Below are positions 16,068 through 36,841 of a stretch of DNA of 64,000 nucleotides, piece by piece. The position numbers and the translations under genes were made by a program. Position 1 is the stretch's first letter; each line of letters begins with the position of its first letter. The stretch lies in assembly GCF_009914755.1 (NCBI RefSeq), contig NC_060926.1; one strand, 5' to 3'. The DNA is from the human T2T-CHM13v2.0 reference genome, Homo sapiens. Under the pieces are notes generated by a model. That model worked only from the letters and a program-made list of their open reading frames with translations, ran no database searches and was not told the DNA's origin.

Positions 16068-17079
16068 ATGGGGAACAAACAGAACAGAAATACTGAATAT
16101 TCTAAAAATCAGAGCACCTCTCTTCCTCCAAAGGAACACAGCTCCTCACCAGCAATGGAACAAAGCTGGATGGAGAATGACTTTGACGAGTTGAGAGAAG
16201 AAGACTTCAGACGATCAAACTTCTCCAAGCTAAAGGAGGAAGTTCGAGCCCATCGCAAAGAAGTTAAAAACCTTGAAAAAAGATTAGACAAGTGGCTAAC
16301 TAGAATAACCAATGCAGAGAAGTCCTTAAAGGACCTGATGGAGCTGAAAACCATGGCATGAGAACTACGTGATGAATGCACAAGCCTCAATAGCTGATTT
16401 GATCAACTGGAAGAAAGGGTATTAGTGACTGAAGATCAAATGAATGAAATGAAGTGAGAAGATAAGTTTAGAGAAAAAAGAATAAAAAGAAATGAACAAA
16501 GCCTCCAAGAAATATGGGACTATGTGAAAAGACCAAATCTACATCTGATTGGTGTACCTGAAAGTGACGGGGAGAATGGAACCAAGTTGGAAAACACTCT
16601 GCAGTATATTATCCAGGAGAGCTTCCCCAACGTAGCAAGGCAGGACAATATTCAAATTCAGGAAATACAGAGAACACCACAAAGATACTCCTTGAGAAGA
16701 GCAACTCTAAGACACATAATTGTCAGATTCACCAAAGTTGAAATGAAGGAAAAAATGTTAAGGGCAGCCAGAGAGAAAGGTCAGGTTACCCACAAAGGGA
16801 AGCCATCAGACTAACAGCTGATTTCTTGGCAGAAACTCTACAAGCCGGAAGAGAGTGGGGACCAATATTCAACATTCTCAAAGAAAAGAAATTTCAACCC
16901 AGAATTTCATATCCAGCCAAACAAAGCCTCATAAGTGAAGGAGAAATAAAATCCTTTACAGACAAGCAAATGCTGATTTTGTCACCACAAGGCCTGCCCT
17001 ACAAGAGCTCCTGAAGGAAGCACTAAACATGGAAAGGAACAACAGGTACCAGCCACTGCAAACACATGACAAATTGTGA
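16068..17079 (+). pseudogene. ORF1: Disrupted L1 ORF1
   Basis: Fragments 16068..16361, 16524..16814 and 16826..17014 are separated by stops and frameshifts. Confidence 0.92.
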
Positions 17080-17142
17080 AGACCATCGACGCTAGGAGGA
17101 AATTGAATCAACTAACGAGCAAAATAACCAGCTAACATCATA

Positions 17143-20309
<3,167 letters not shown>

Positions 20310-20508
20310 TGTCTTGCTTTGCTAAAAAAAAAAAAATTTTTTTTAACAATTAGCTGGGTGTGGTGGCATGTGCCCATATTTCTAGCTACTTAGGGTGCTG
20401 AGGCCAGAGGATCACTTGAGCCCAGGAGGTCAAGGCTGCTGTGAGCTGTGATTGTGCCATTGCACTCCAGCCTGACAGAGCTAGACCATATATCTGGGGA
20501 AAAAAAAA
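20310..20508 (+). mobile_element. AluJ linker plus right arm only
   Basis: aattagctgggtgtggtggc...ggatcacttgagcccaggaggtcaaggctg; the left arm is absent. Confidence 0.85.
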
Positions 20509-20562
20509 GCCAAATAGTATTCCATTGTATACATACACAACATTTTTAAAAATGCACTCATC

Positions 20563-20897
<335 letters not shown>

Positions 20898-21047
20898 CTA
20901 TTGTAAATCATGCTACAATGAACATGGGAGCACGAGCACAGAGATCTTTTTGATATACTGATTTCAAGGCTTTAAGATACATACATAGAGGTGGAATTGC
21001 TGGATCATATGTATGGAGGAAGTTCCATACAGTTTTCCATAATGAGT

Positions 21048-21201
21048 ATTCAATTGTCCCTCAGTTTGAAAAGTTGGCTCTCTATGTATACAGGTTTCCT
21101 ATACCACAAATACTGTACTTCCAATCCACGATGGGTTGGGAAAAATACACTATAAGTGGACTCATATAGTTCAAACCCATGTTTTTCGAGGGTCAACTGT
21201 A
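21048..21201 (-). mobile_element. Tigger2-family MITE (MER8-like)
   Basis: Minus strand CAGTTGACCCTCGAAAAACATGGGTTTGAACT...GTCCACTTATA with a degenerate TIR at the other end. Confidence 0.65.
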
Positions 21202-21613
21202 CACAGCAGACAGTGTACAAGGGTACACTTTTCTCCATCTCCTCCCCAACCTTGTTAGCTTTCATTTTTTTGATAATAGCCATTCTGACAGGTGTGATAT
21301 CTCATTGTGGTTCTAGTTTGTGTTTTCCTAATAATTAGCGATATTGAGCATTTTTCATATATCTTTTGCTTATTTGTATGTCTTCCTTTGAGAAATGTGT
21401 ATTCAAGTCCTTTGCCCATTTTTAAATTGGGTTATTTATTTTCCTATTAAGTTGCTTGAGTTCCTTATATGCTTTTGATCTTAGAGTTTGGTATTTCTCT
21501 GTCTTTATAGTACCCATATGCCAATAGCATGCCATTTTAATACAATTACTGTAGCTCAGTAATAAATCTTGATATTGATAGTGTCATTTCTACAATGTAT
21601 TTCTTCTTCTTCA

Positions 21614-21972
<359 letters not shown>

Positions 21973-24900
21973 CCCAACAGTTTTCTTGCCTATTCGAGGT
22001 ATGTTGCAATACCAAATGAATTTTAGAATCAGTTTGTTCATTTATACAAAACAGGCCTGCTGGGATTATGATTTGAATTGCATTGAATTTACAGAACAAA
22101 TTGGAGAGAATTGATATCTTAGCCACATTGAGTCTTCCAACCCATGACTATGGTGCGCCTGTCTATACTTTTGGTCTTCTTTAATATCTTCCAGAAATAT
22201 TTTGTAGTATTCAGTATCCGTGCCTTTACTTCTTCTGCCATATTTATCCCTGAATATATTATATTTTATACTGTATTTCATCTAAGTTGTTAAAATTATA
22301 GACATTGTATTTTATAACATCCCCTTATTATCCTTATATTATCTGCAGAATCTGTAGTGTTTACATTTCTTTCATTCCTGATATTAGCAACTGGTGTCAT
22401 TCTTTTTTTTTTCCTTATCAGAAGATAGAGATAGGTTTGTCAACTTCATTGATCTTAAGCAGCTTTTGGTTTTATTGATTTTTTTTCCCCATGGTTTCCT
22501 GTTTCTTTATTTAATTGATTTCCTCTGATATTTAGTATTTTTTTTTAGCTTAGTTTGTGTATTTTCTTTTTCTTTTTTGTTAGTTTCAAAAGTGAACACT
22601 GAAGTCATTAATCTGACCTTTCATCATTTCTAATATAGACATTTAGTAATATGAATTTGCTTTAGTGACATCCCACAATTTTATGTTGTATTTTTATTTA
22701 TGTTTATGTCAAAATACTTTCTAATTTCCTTTTGATTTCTTTTTTAACTTATGAGTTACTGAGAAATTTGCTGTTAAGTTTGCAAATATTTGGTGGATTA
22801 TCCAGATATCTTGCTGTAATTGATGTCAAATTTAATTCCACTGTGGTCAGAAAGCATATTTTATATGACTTGAATCCTTTTCAGTTTACTGAAAATTCTT
22901 TATGACCAGGGTGTTGCTTCTTCACAAGATTCTCCACGTGTACTTTCTTTATGAACAGGGTAGTGCTTCTTGACAAGTTTCTCCACGTGTGCTTGTAAAG
23001 AATGTGTATTTGGATCTGGTTGGGCGGCATATCCTCTGAAGTCAATTAGATCAAGTTGCTTTATAATGTTATTCAAGTGTACTGTATATTTGTTCATCCT
23101 CTATTTTTCTATTAATCTCTGAAAGAAAGGTGTTACAACTTTCAACTATAATTATGGATGTTTCTATTTCTTTTTATAATTCTATGTGGTTTTACTTTAT
23201 GTATTTTCAAGTTGTATTTTTAGGTACATAACTATTTAGATTTACTATATACTTTGATTGGCTATTTAATCACTATGAAATTATCTTCAACTATACTTTG
23301 CCATGGAATCCACTCTGTATAATACTAAAAGAGCTACCCAAGTTTTGATTTTGGTTTTGCTTTTACCTTTAACCTATTTGTGTCTTTATATTTAAAGTGT
23401 GTTTTTTGTAATCAGATATTCAGCTTTGTAATCCAGTCTGACAGTTTCTGCTTTTAATTTGGGTTATTTGAACAATTTACATTTAGTGTCATTAGTGATA
23501 TGGTTAAATTTGTCTCTCATCTTGCTGTTTGGTTTTTATTTATCCTATCTTTTCGTTTCTTCATGTTTCTTCTTTTTTGCCCCTTTAAAAATTATTTGAG
23601 TATTATTTCTGATTTTATTTGCTGGTTTATTAACTATAACTCTTCATTTTATTATTAGATTGATTGTTTTATGGTTTATTTTATACATTTTTAACTGAAC
23701 AGAGCATACCTTCACATACCTACCTTTGTATTACATGTAATGGTAGGATAAGTAAAAATAATTGTACCATATAATAATAGTACATAATGAAGTGTGATAT
23801 AATAGCATAATAGTTCTTTAATAATGTGGTATGATAACAGTAAATCCAGTATATGAATAATAATATACATCTTTAACTTATAACTTTTGACTTAAATATG
23901 ATGGAACAAATTATAGTAATATATTTCCATTTCTCTCATCTCTGCCTTTGTGATATTACTCATACTGTCCTTATACATATGTTATAAACCCCAAATGCAT
24001 TGTTATTATGTTAATTTGTGTTTATGTCAATTAACTTTAAAGAGATTTAAATAAGAACAACATTTTATGTTTTTACCCATGTAGTTACCATTTCTCTCAT
24101 ATACCATTTTTGTTTAGATTTACATCTCCATCTCCATCTCCATCTCCATCTGGTATCATTCTCCTTTTGCCTGAAGAAATTCCTTCAACATTTCTTGTAA
24201 TGTGATAAATTATTTGAATTAGTCTTAATTTTCACTTCATTTTTAATATTTTTGCTGGGTGTAGAATTGTAGGTCAACAGAGTTTTTTCAGGACTTTAAA
24301 CATGTTGTTTCACTTTGTTTTTGCTTATACTGCTCCCAGTGAAAAATCAGCTGTTATCCTTAAATTTGCTCCTTTCTTCATAATGTGGTTTTTTTCTCCT
24401 CTGTCTGCTTTAAGATCTTTGTTTAATACTGGATTTGAACAATTTGATTATGGTGAGCCTTGGTGTATTTTTTTCATGTTTCTTATGCTTGGAGTTTATT
24501 GAACTTCTTAGATTTGTATATTTATATTTTTAAATAAATTTGGAAATTTTAAAACCATTATTATTTCAAATATTTTTTCTCTGCCCCCTACCCCCATTAG
24601 GGACTCCATTCAAATGCATGCTAGTTTGCTTGAAGTAGTCTCACATTTTGCAAGTGCTCCTTTTAATGTTTGTTCTCTCCGTGTTTCATTTTGGATAGTT
24701 TCTATTGCTATGTCTTAAGGTTCAGTAATTTTTTTTCTACTCTATCTAATCCATTAATCCCATTTAATGTATTTCTCAACTCACACATTTTAGTTTTCAT
24801 CTCTAAAGTTTGATTTGGTTGTTTTTTGTATTCTCCATATTACTACTTACCACTTTAAATAATAATGGCTATATAAATGTCATTGCCTGAAAGTTCTTTT

Positions 24901-25032
24901 TGTGCTAGCTCTGGTGCAGTTTTCTTGATCCATTATTGTCTTCATTATGGATGATGTTTTCCTGCTTCTTCGTATGCCTGGAAATCTTTGTTTAGATGAC
25001 AGACATTGTGCATTTTATCTTACCATGTGCCT
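21973..25032 (-). mobile_element. Old L1M ORF2/ORF1 fragments (host of the young L1; resumes at 31113-31800)
   Basis: Degenerate L1 peptides (MAKISILSNLFCKFNAIQI; LNNIIKQLDLIDF); collinear across the young L1 insertion. Confidence 0.75.
24123..24150. repeat. (CATCTC)n hexamer repeat
   Basis: catctc repeated about 4.5 times. Confidence 0.9.
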
Positions 25033-25283
25033 GCTATGATTATTTTTTTATTTTTTATTTTTCTTTCTTTTTTTTTTTATTATACTTTAAGTTTTAGGGT
25101 ACATGTGCACATTGTGCAGGTTAGTTACATATGTATACATGTGCCATGCTGGTGTGCTGCACCCACTAACTCGTCATCTAGCATTAGGTATATCTCCCAA
25201 TGCTATCCCTTCCCGCTCCCCCCACCCCACCACAGTCCCCAGAGTGTGATATTCCCCTTCATGTGTCCATGTGATCTCATTGT

Positions 25284-29138
<3,855 letters not shown>

Positions 29139-29174
29139 TTAGTTGATGCAGTTTCTTCCTAGTCTCGATGGTCT

Positions 29175-30191
29175 TTACATTTTGGCATGATTTTGCAGCG
29201 GCTGGTACCAGTTGTTCCTTTCCATGTTTAGCGCTTCCTTCAGGAGCTCTTTTAAGGCAGGCCTGGTGGTGACAAAATCTCTCAGCATTTGCTTGTCTGT
29301 AAAGTATTTTATTTCTCCTTCACTTATGAAGCTTAGTTTGGCTGGATATGAAATTCTGGGTTGAAAATTCTTTTCTTTAAGAATGTTGAATATTGGCCCC
29401 CACTCTCTTCTGGCTTGTACGGTTTCTGCCGAGATATCCGCTGTTAGTCTGATGGGCTTCCCTTTGAGGGTAACCCGACCTTTCTCTCTGGCTGCCCTTA
29501 ACATTTTTTCCTTCATTTCAACTTTGGTGAATCTGACAATTATGTGTCTTGGAGTTGCTCTTCTCGAGGAGTATCTTTGTGGCGTTCTGTGTATTTCCTG
29601 AATCTGAATGTTGGCCTGCCTTGCTAGATTGGGGAAGTTCTCCTGGATAATATCCTGTAGAGTGTTTTCCAACTTGGTTCCATTCTCCGCATCACTTTCA
29701 GGTACACCAATCAGACGTAGATTTGGTCTTTTCACATAGTCCCATATTTCTTGGAGGCTTTGCTCATTTCTTTTTATTCTTTTTTCTCTAACCTTCCCTT
29801 CTCGGTTCATTTCATTCATTTCATCTTCCATTGCTGATACCCTTTCTTCCAGTTGATCACATCGGCTCCTAAGGCTTCTGCATTCTTCACGTAGTTCTTG
29901 AGCCTTGGTTTTCAGCTCCATCAGCTCCTTTAAGCACTTCTCTGTATTGGTTATTCTAGTTATACATTCTTCTAAATTTTTTTCAAAGTTTTCAACTTCT
30001 TTGCCTTTGGTTTGAATGTCTTCCCGTAGCTCAGAGTAATTTGATCGTCTGAAGCCTTCTTCTCTCAGCTCGTCAAAGTCATTCTCCATCCAGCTTTGTT
30101 CCGTTGCTGGTGAGGAACTGCGTTCCTTTGGAGGAGGAGAGGCGCTCTGCGTTTTAGAGTTTCCAGTTTTTCTGTTCTGTTTTTTCCCCAT
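29175..30191 (-). CDS. ORF1: L1 ORF1p, 338 aa (coiled coil, RRM, CTD)
   Basis: Uninterrupted; REKG, ARR and YPAKLS motifs intact; 63-nt spacer to ORF2. Confidence 0.97.
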   Translation of the reverse strand: MGKKQNRKTGNSKTQSASPPPKERSSSPATEQSWMENDFDELREEGFRRSNYSELREDIQTKGKEVENFEKNLEECITRITNTEKCLKELMELKTKAQELREECRSLRSRCDQLEERVSAMEDEMNEMNREGKVREKRIKRNEQSLQEIWDYVKRPNLRLIGVPESDAENGTKLENTLQDIIQENFPNLARQANIQIQEIHRTPQRYSSRRATPRHIIVRFTKVEMKEKMLRAAREKGRVTLKGKPIRLTADISAETVQARREWGPIFNILKEKNFQPRISYPAKLSFISEGEIKYFTDKQMLRDFVTTRPALKELLKEALNMERNNWYQPLQNHAKM

Positions 30192-31097
30192 CTTTGTGGT
30201 TTTATCTACTTTTGGTCTTTGATGATGGTGATGTACAGATGGGTTTTTGGTGTGGATGTCCTTTCTGTTTGTTAGTTTTCCTTCTAACAGACAGCACCCT
30301 CAGCTGCAGGTCTGTTGGAATACCCTGCCGTGTCAGGTGTCAGTGTGCCCCTGCTGGGGGGTGCCTCCCAGTTAGGCTGCTCGGGGGTCAGGGGTCAGGG
30401 ACCCACTTGAGGAGGCAGTCTGCCCGTTCTCAGATCTCCAGCTGCGTGCTGGGAGAACCACTGCTCTCTTCAAAGCTGTCAGACAGGGTCATTTAAGTCT
30501 GCAGAGGTTACTGCTGTCTTTTTGTTTGTCTGTGCCCTGCCCCCAGAGGTGGAACCTACAGAGGCAGGCAGGCCTCCTTGAGCTGTGGTGGGCTCCACCC
30601 AGTTCGAGCTTCCCGGCTGCTTTGTTTACCTAAGCAAGCCTGGGCAATGGCGGGCGCCCCTCCCCCAGCCTCGCTGCCGCCTTGCAGTTTGATCTCAGAC
30701 TGCTGTGCTAGCAATCAGCGAGATTCCGTGGGCGTAGGACCCTCCGAGCCAGGTGTGGGATATAGTCTCGTGCTGCGCCGTTTTTTAAGCCGGTCTGAAA
30801 AGCGCAATATTCGGGTGGGAGTGACCCGATTTTCCAGGTGCGTCCGTCACCCCTTTCTTTGACTCGGAAAGGGAACTCCCTGACCCCTTGCGCTTCCCAG
30901 GTGAGGCAATGCCTCGCCCTGCTTCGGCTCGCGCCCGGTGCGCGCACCCACTGGCCTGCGCCCACTGTCTGGCACTCCCTACTGAGATGAACCCGGTACC
31001 TCAGATGGAAATGCAGAAATCACCCATCTTCTGCGTCGCTCACGCTGGGAGCTGTAGACCGGAGCTGTTCCTATTCGGCCATCTTGGCTCCTCCTCC
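30192..31097 (-). promoter_or_regulatory. L1 5' UTR: CpG-rich sense promoter and antisense promoter
   Basis: 906 nt; YY1 motif CAAGATGGCCG, RUNX3-site sequence TGCATTTCCATCTGAGGTA, AAACAAA SOX sites, CpGs retained. Confidence 0.9.
30647..30862 (+). CDS. ORF0: L1 antisense ORF0, 71 aa
   Basis: MAGAPPPASLPPCSLISDCCASNQRDSVGVGPSEPG...RCVRHPFL; ATG in strong context (gcaATGg); internal CAG/GT donors. Confidence 0.9.
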   Translation: MAGAPPPASLPPCSLISDCCASNQRDSVGVGPSEPGVGYSLVLRRFLSRSEKRNIRVGVTRFSRCVRHPFL

Positions 31098-31949
31098 GCT
31101 ATGATTATTTTTAAAAATATTATTGAACTTTATTCTGGGAAGCAATTACTTAGAAACAGTTTGCCTGTTTCAGGACTTAATTCTACAACTTGTTAGGTGG
31201 GTCAGGGGCTATGCTCCATCTGTTGCTTATTATTTCTTACTACTAAGGCAAGCCTTTCTCAAGTAGACTACCCAATGAGCCATAAATTATGAGTTTTCCA
31301 CTCACTGGAGCCAGCAGGAATAGATACTATTACCAGATGCATGTGAGCCCTAGATTCTCTTCTATTGTACTTTCAGATGTTCCCCCACACCCTGGTGTAG
31401 TTTCTATACACGAAGTGCTGAGTATTACTCTGTTGAGTGAATAGTGAAGAGGAGCCTCTGCAGATCTCTAAGCTTCTGCCTATGGATGCTCCACTCTTTT
31501 GTATACTGCAAACCAACTGCTTTCATCTCCCTGGACTCTCAGCTCTATCTTGTCAACTTAGGGAGACCAGCAAGGTGTGCCTGGGTTTCCTCTCTCTGTC
31601 CTCGCCTGGAGATTCTTTCAAGCCGTCAGTTGGGGATTCATAGTGCTCACCTAGTTTGTTTCTATCTCTGAGAGATGACTGTCCTTCATTGTCTGATACT
31701 CAGTGTTTTGAAAAGCAATGTTTACTATATTTTGTTTGTTTCTTGTTGCAGGTGGGAAGTGGGAAGATAAATCAGATCCCTGCTACTCCTTAAGCAGAAG
31801 TGAAATTCATTCATGGTATCCCTAATAACATTCTTAGTTAACATGAATGTGTTATGTGTTTTCTGTGTATGAATAAGTGAGCTTAGAGATTCATATTAGC
31901 AAGTCATTGATCTCCATGATAACTCTGCAGGGCAGGCATTAGCTGGCTC

Positions 31950-32220
31950 TAACGCCCACCTTCTGTACGATGCTAGGCACATTATTTTACCTCTGGGTTT
32001 TTTAATCTACAAAATGGTGATTATGATAAGTAACAATTTCCACAAATTGTTGAGAAAATTAAATGAGATAAAAATAGAGCACTTCGCTCATCACTTGATG
32101 TATAGAAAACACTCAATATGAGGAAGTCAAGCATAGTGAGGTTAAGTAACTTGCTAAAAGTCTCACAGTTGTTGAATGTCAGAGCTTGGGTGGGAATAAG
32201 CATCATTGAACCCAGGAAAT
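31950..32220. mobile_element. Two MIR-like fragments in opposite orientation
   Basis: aatctacaaaatgg...gttgagaaaattaaatgagataa, then gaggttaagtaacttgctaaaagtctcacag. Confidence 0.6.
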
Positions 32221-32664
32221 CTGTAGTGTCTCTCCAGGGAATAATGGATGTGGTTTCCCCGTGGAAGGGAGGTCACTTAGCTGGCCACATTGGCAACCTA
32301 GGAAAATGAAGGCATGGTCTTAGCTGTAGTGGGGACATTGGGAGGGAGTTGATGGAATAAGCTGGAGAAACACCTCCCAGCATGTATCCTCCGGAACACT
32401 AGTGCCTAGTGAGCCAGATAAAGGGTTCTGAGGCCGCAGACTTTAATAAATTGTGTGGTGTTTCACAATGAGGCTTCATAGCGCCCATGGCAGAGCAAAG
32501 ATTCTAACAAATCTGTACTAGGAAAACTTCTTAACTTCATTTAATCTTAACATCCTGTAGAATTGGCCATTCTTAAAGTCCTAGATTTAAAATAAAGTCT
32601 ATTTAGAAGCTAAAGTTGATGGTTTAATGATGGCTTGGCTATGGAGTGACAAGGTCTGATAATT

Positions 32665-32955
32665 GTATGTGTGTGTGTGTATATATGTATATATTATATA
32701 AAAGAAATACTATATATATTAGAAATACTATACATATATAGCTCCTGCTACTATACATACGAAATACATACACTAGTATATATATTATTACTAATATATA
32801 TTAGTATATATATTTATTTAATCCACAAAATTGTGATTAGGATAAATATGTATACTAGTATATATTGGTATGTATATTTCTTATATCTAGTATATATGTT
32901 TTATATATATATCAGAAATACTATATATATGTAATATGTAATATATATATATATG
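32665..32955. repeat. (TA)-rich low-complexity tract
   Basis: TATA runs with a repeated agaaatactata unit. Confidence 0.9.
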
Positions 32956-34619
32956 GCTTCTGAATTGTACCTGGTGCACACTAGTTGCTCTATAAATTAA
33001 GGAATTATTTTATACATAGATGGAAAGTGCACTAGTTTAAGACCTTCGATGTCATATAGAATTGAATTCAAATCTTGTCACTTATGATTTATGTGACCTC
33101 AGTGTTTCACCTAATCTCACTTTGCCTCAGTTTCCTCAAATGCAAAAGAGTTATAATAAAATCCCCCTCACAGAATATATAATTTACGAATTTACTAAGC
33201 AATTCTGCAGTAAAAATCAGCCCTGCACTATATTGTTTTGCAGAGAACTTGGCTCCTGTAAATTCCTTTCCTCTTTCTCTTCCTGTGCTCTGAGGTAGGT
33301 CTGGACAGACTTCTTTGTGCTTCAGAAGCTCATCATCGACACAGCAGATTGCACTGGAACTTCCTCAGTGCATGCAGATGTGGAAGCCACCTCCTGGTTC
33401 ATCTAGTACATGCTCAACCGTGGCCTGAGTGGCTCAGATGTATTTGGGCCTCATTGCATTTAGCAAGTTAATTGTTCATTAAGAGGAAGGGACATTCACA
33501 GAGCTGGACCAACATCCTGATAAAATACCCAGTGACTTTCAGTGTTTGATTTATGAGCACAGGCTCGGCTCCTTGCAGGCTTGTGTCAGGACGGGCTGGA
33601 GCGATAAGCACATATTTATCTTCAGGCCTTGATGAATGACAGGGGAACGCGGTACTGTAAAGGCAACAAAGCCACCCCGTGGGCAGAGGACAGTCGCTGG
33701 GTGCATTGGGAAAGCTGGAGCAGACTCCTTGTGGGAAGACAATGAACGGAATTAGAAGTTAGGGTTTTAATTATCATACAAATTAGAAGAGGATTAATCA
33801 GCTCATATTTTATGACATGACATGGTGTGGAGGACTGCCGGTTAAGTTTTATGGCAAATCTTTGATTAATTGAGACACAGCATGAAGGTATAAAATCCAG
33901 ACTACAGCTGCATGTTAATCTCTCCCTTTCCTTCCAAGGTTAGAAGCCGGTGTAAGAGAGATGGCTGCTGAAGACACATAGCCGCACGTGTGAACATGGC
34001 CTCACAGCTTGCCTCTCCATAAGAGGTTTATTTGTCTTCTCATATTTGTTCAATGTGGACAAGAACCTTCTGGCCCCTGCTCCTCTTTTGCATTTGGAAT
34101 CCTTTGACTTCTGCTTTCTTGAGGAGTGAGGCTCCTGGGCAAGTTGTCACCCAACTCTGGGCAGTCATCCCAGGACCTGAGAGTCACTGCAAATCCTTGC
34201 TCAGAACCCCATGCCCATGTGTTCATCCTTGCGTACTTTCCCAGGCCCCAGACCAAATTAAAACTTGGCAGTTGAATCACGGTTTTCACAAAATCAGCCC
34301 AACAAACTATGGCTCCAAGTCCAGCAGGGCTGGGCCACTCAAGGCAGAGTAAAGCTTCAGAGACAGAAATGGAAAGCTGACCAGGGCTGCCCAGGAGCCG
34401 TGACGAAGGAGACTTGTCACTCTGTTGCTGCAAACACAGAAGTGTTTAGAGTGTGTAGGCCACTGTTCCAGGTAGGAGTCTCATGGAGAACTTGAGAAGG
34501 ACTGTGTGTGTGCGGCCAAGGTAAGTCTCAGACGGAAGGCATGTGCTAACAGGGCAGCTAACAGATCTGCAGAATGTAATGTGCCTGACCCTGAGCTGCT
34601 GATCTACCTCACACTCCAA

Positions 34620-35700
34620 TTCAATTCAGTCCTTTCAGTTGCTTAAGGAAATCTGCAGTTATCTGATTTCTCAACGAGTCCTGTAGGTTCTACTATAAAA
34701 ATATATGGAAGAACCACCTATTTCTCACCACTGCTATTTAGACCATGCTGCTCCACCCACTTCTACCTTCACCTGGGCTCTGGGTTACTGCGGTAACTTC
34801 CTCCTCGGCCCACATCTTCCATCCCTGTCCACTTAGGTCTATTCTCAACACCCCTGCCAGAATGAGGTGTTGAAATGTAAATCAAATCATGTCCCCACCC
34901 TGCTCAGCCCTCTGATGACTGTGACTCACTTCAAATACAAGTCAGTCTGTGTGGTGCCCTGCAAGGCAATGAGATCTGGCCCTGGTGACCTCCTGGGCCT
35001 CACTTCCCACTGCTGTCCTTTTTCCACTCCACATAGCGTCACAGCATTGGCACTTGCTGGCTCCCCTGCCTGGAATTCTCCTCCTTCTGGTAGCCATGTG
35101 GCCCAGCTCCCTTGCTCTGTTTCAGCCTTCCCCCAAGGAAGAGTGAGGCTGCTCTACCTTCAGACCCAAAACGCAACATGAACTCTCCTCTGGGTCAGGA
35201 ATGCCTTGTTTAGCCACCCTATGTACAACGGGAGCTCTCTCTTCAACAGACTCACAGTAGCCCATGGCATACAGATGTTCTGGTGAATGTTCAATATCTG
35301 GTTTGTGGCTAGGGGATGGGCACACCAATTTTTGGTGCTTACTGATTTCCACAATGTAAATGCTTTCACTGTGGCCAATTTTAAGCTACCAAAGTGATGA
35401 CACAACTGCCTTGCAAAATTCCTGAAAGTAAAGTAATTGGCTTTTGCAAGCCAGTGTGAGCTGGCTCTGGCACACGCTATAGTCCTTGTCTGTTCTGTTT
35501 TTCCCCTTGGTTTCAATTCTGACATACTATATACGTCATTCATATATCATGTATATTAGATGTCTTCCCATTGCAATATAGTTTTCACAGGAGCAGTGAT
35601 TTTTTGACACTTTGTTCATTGCTGGTACAGTGTCCACTACAGGGCCTATCACAAGTAGGTGCTCAATACAATTTTGCTGAATGAGAGTATTAATGAAAGA
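34620..35700 (+). mobile_element. L2 3' fragment interrupted by a MER63-like element
   Basis: tctattctcaacac..gccaga, aaatgtaaatcaaatcatgtc, and the tail gtaggtgctcaata. Confidence 0.7.
35290..35478 (-). mobile_element. MER63-like hAT MITE
   Basis: tggccaattttaagctacc, gcaaaattcctgaaa and gagctggctctggcac motifs. Confidence 0.55.
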
Positions 35701-36309
35701 TGAGCATCTACTCCTTATCAGATATTGACAAGTTTGGGGATACAGAGTATAAGACAATGTTCTTGATCTTGACTTCTATCCAGTGGTGAAGACAAGCCTT
35801 TGCAATACAATGAAATAGCAACTAAATAGTGGTTATTCCTGGTAGGCGTTAGAACATAGAAAAATCATTGAAACAAAATTTAAGTATCAGAGTTGATTAA
35901 TTCTTATGTGAATGGGGATGTAATTGTGTAACTATTAATAGTATTTGACCAAGGCTCCCTGGAATGTCTTCTAATACCCTTTGTCTTCATTAAATTTTAG
36001 ATATATACATAGAACATTATAGTGCTTTCCTGACCCGCTGAGTGCCTCTAACTCTTCATTATGCATGATAGCTACAATGAAGCACATAGCTTAGTCTAGC
36101 TTCTACCAACCACAATGTCCACTTTACCAACCAGTCAACCCTTGGAGCTAGAAGTCATTAAAACACCTTATATTAGCCTTAATGCTTGAGAATGAAGTAA
36201 AGTGAGAGTGAGTTAATTGTACCTGCCAATGGGGCACCTTCGGCCTCTGTTCAGTCTCATGTCATGGGTGGCAGGGATGGTAAAGAAGGCCACAACAGAG
36301 CATGCCTTT

Positions 36310-36841
<532 letters not shown>

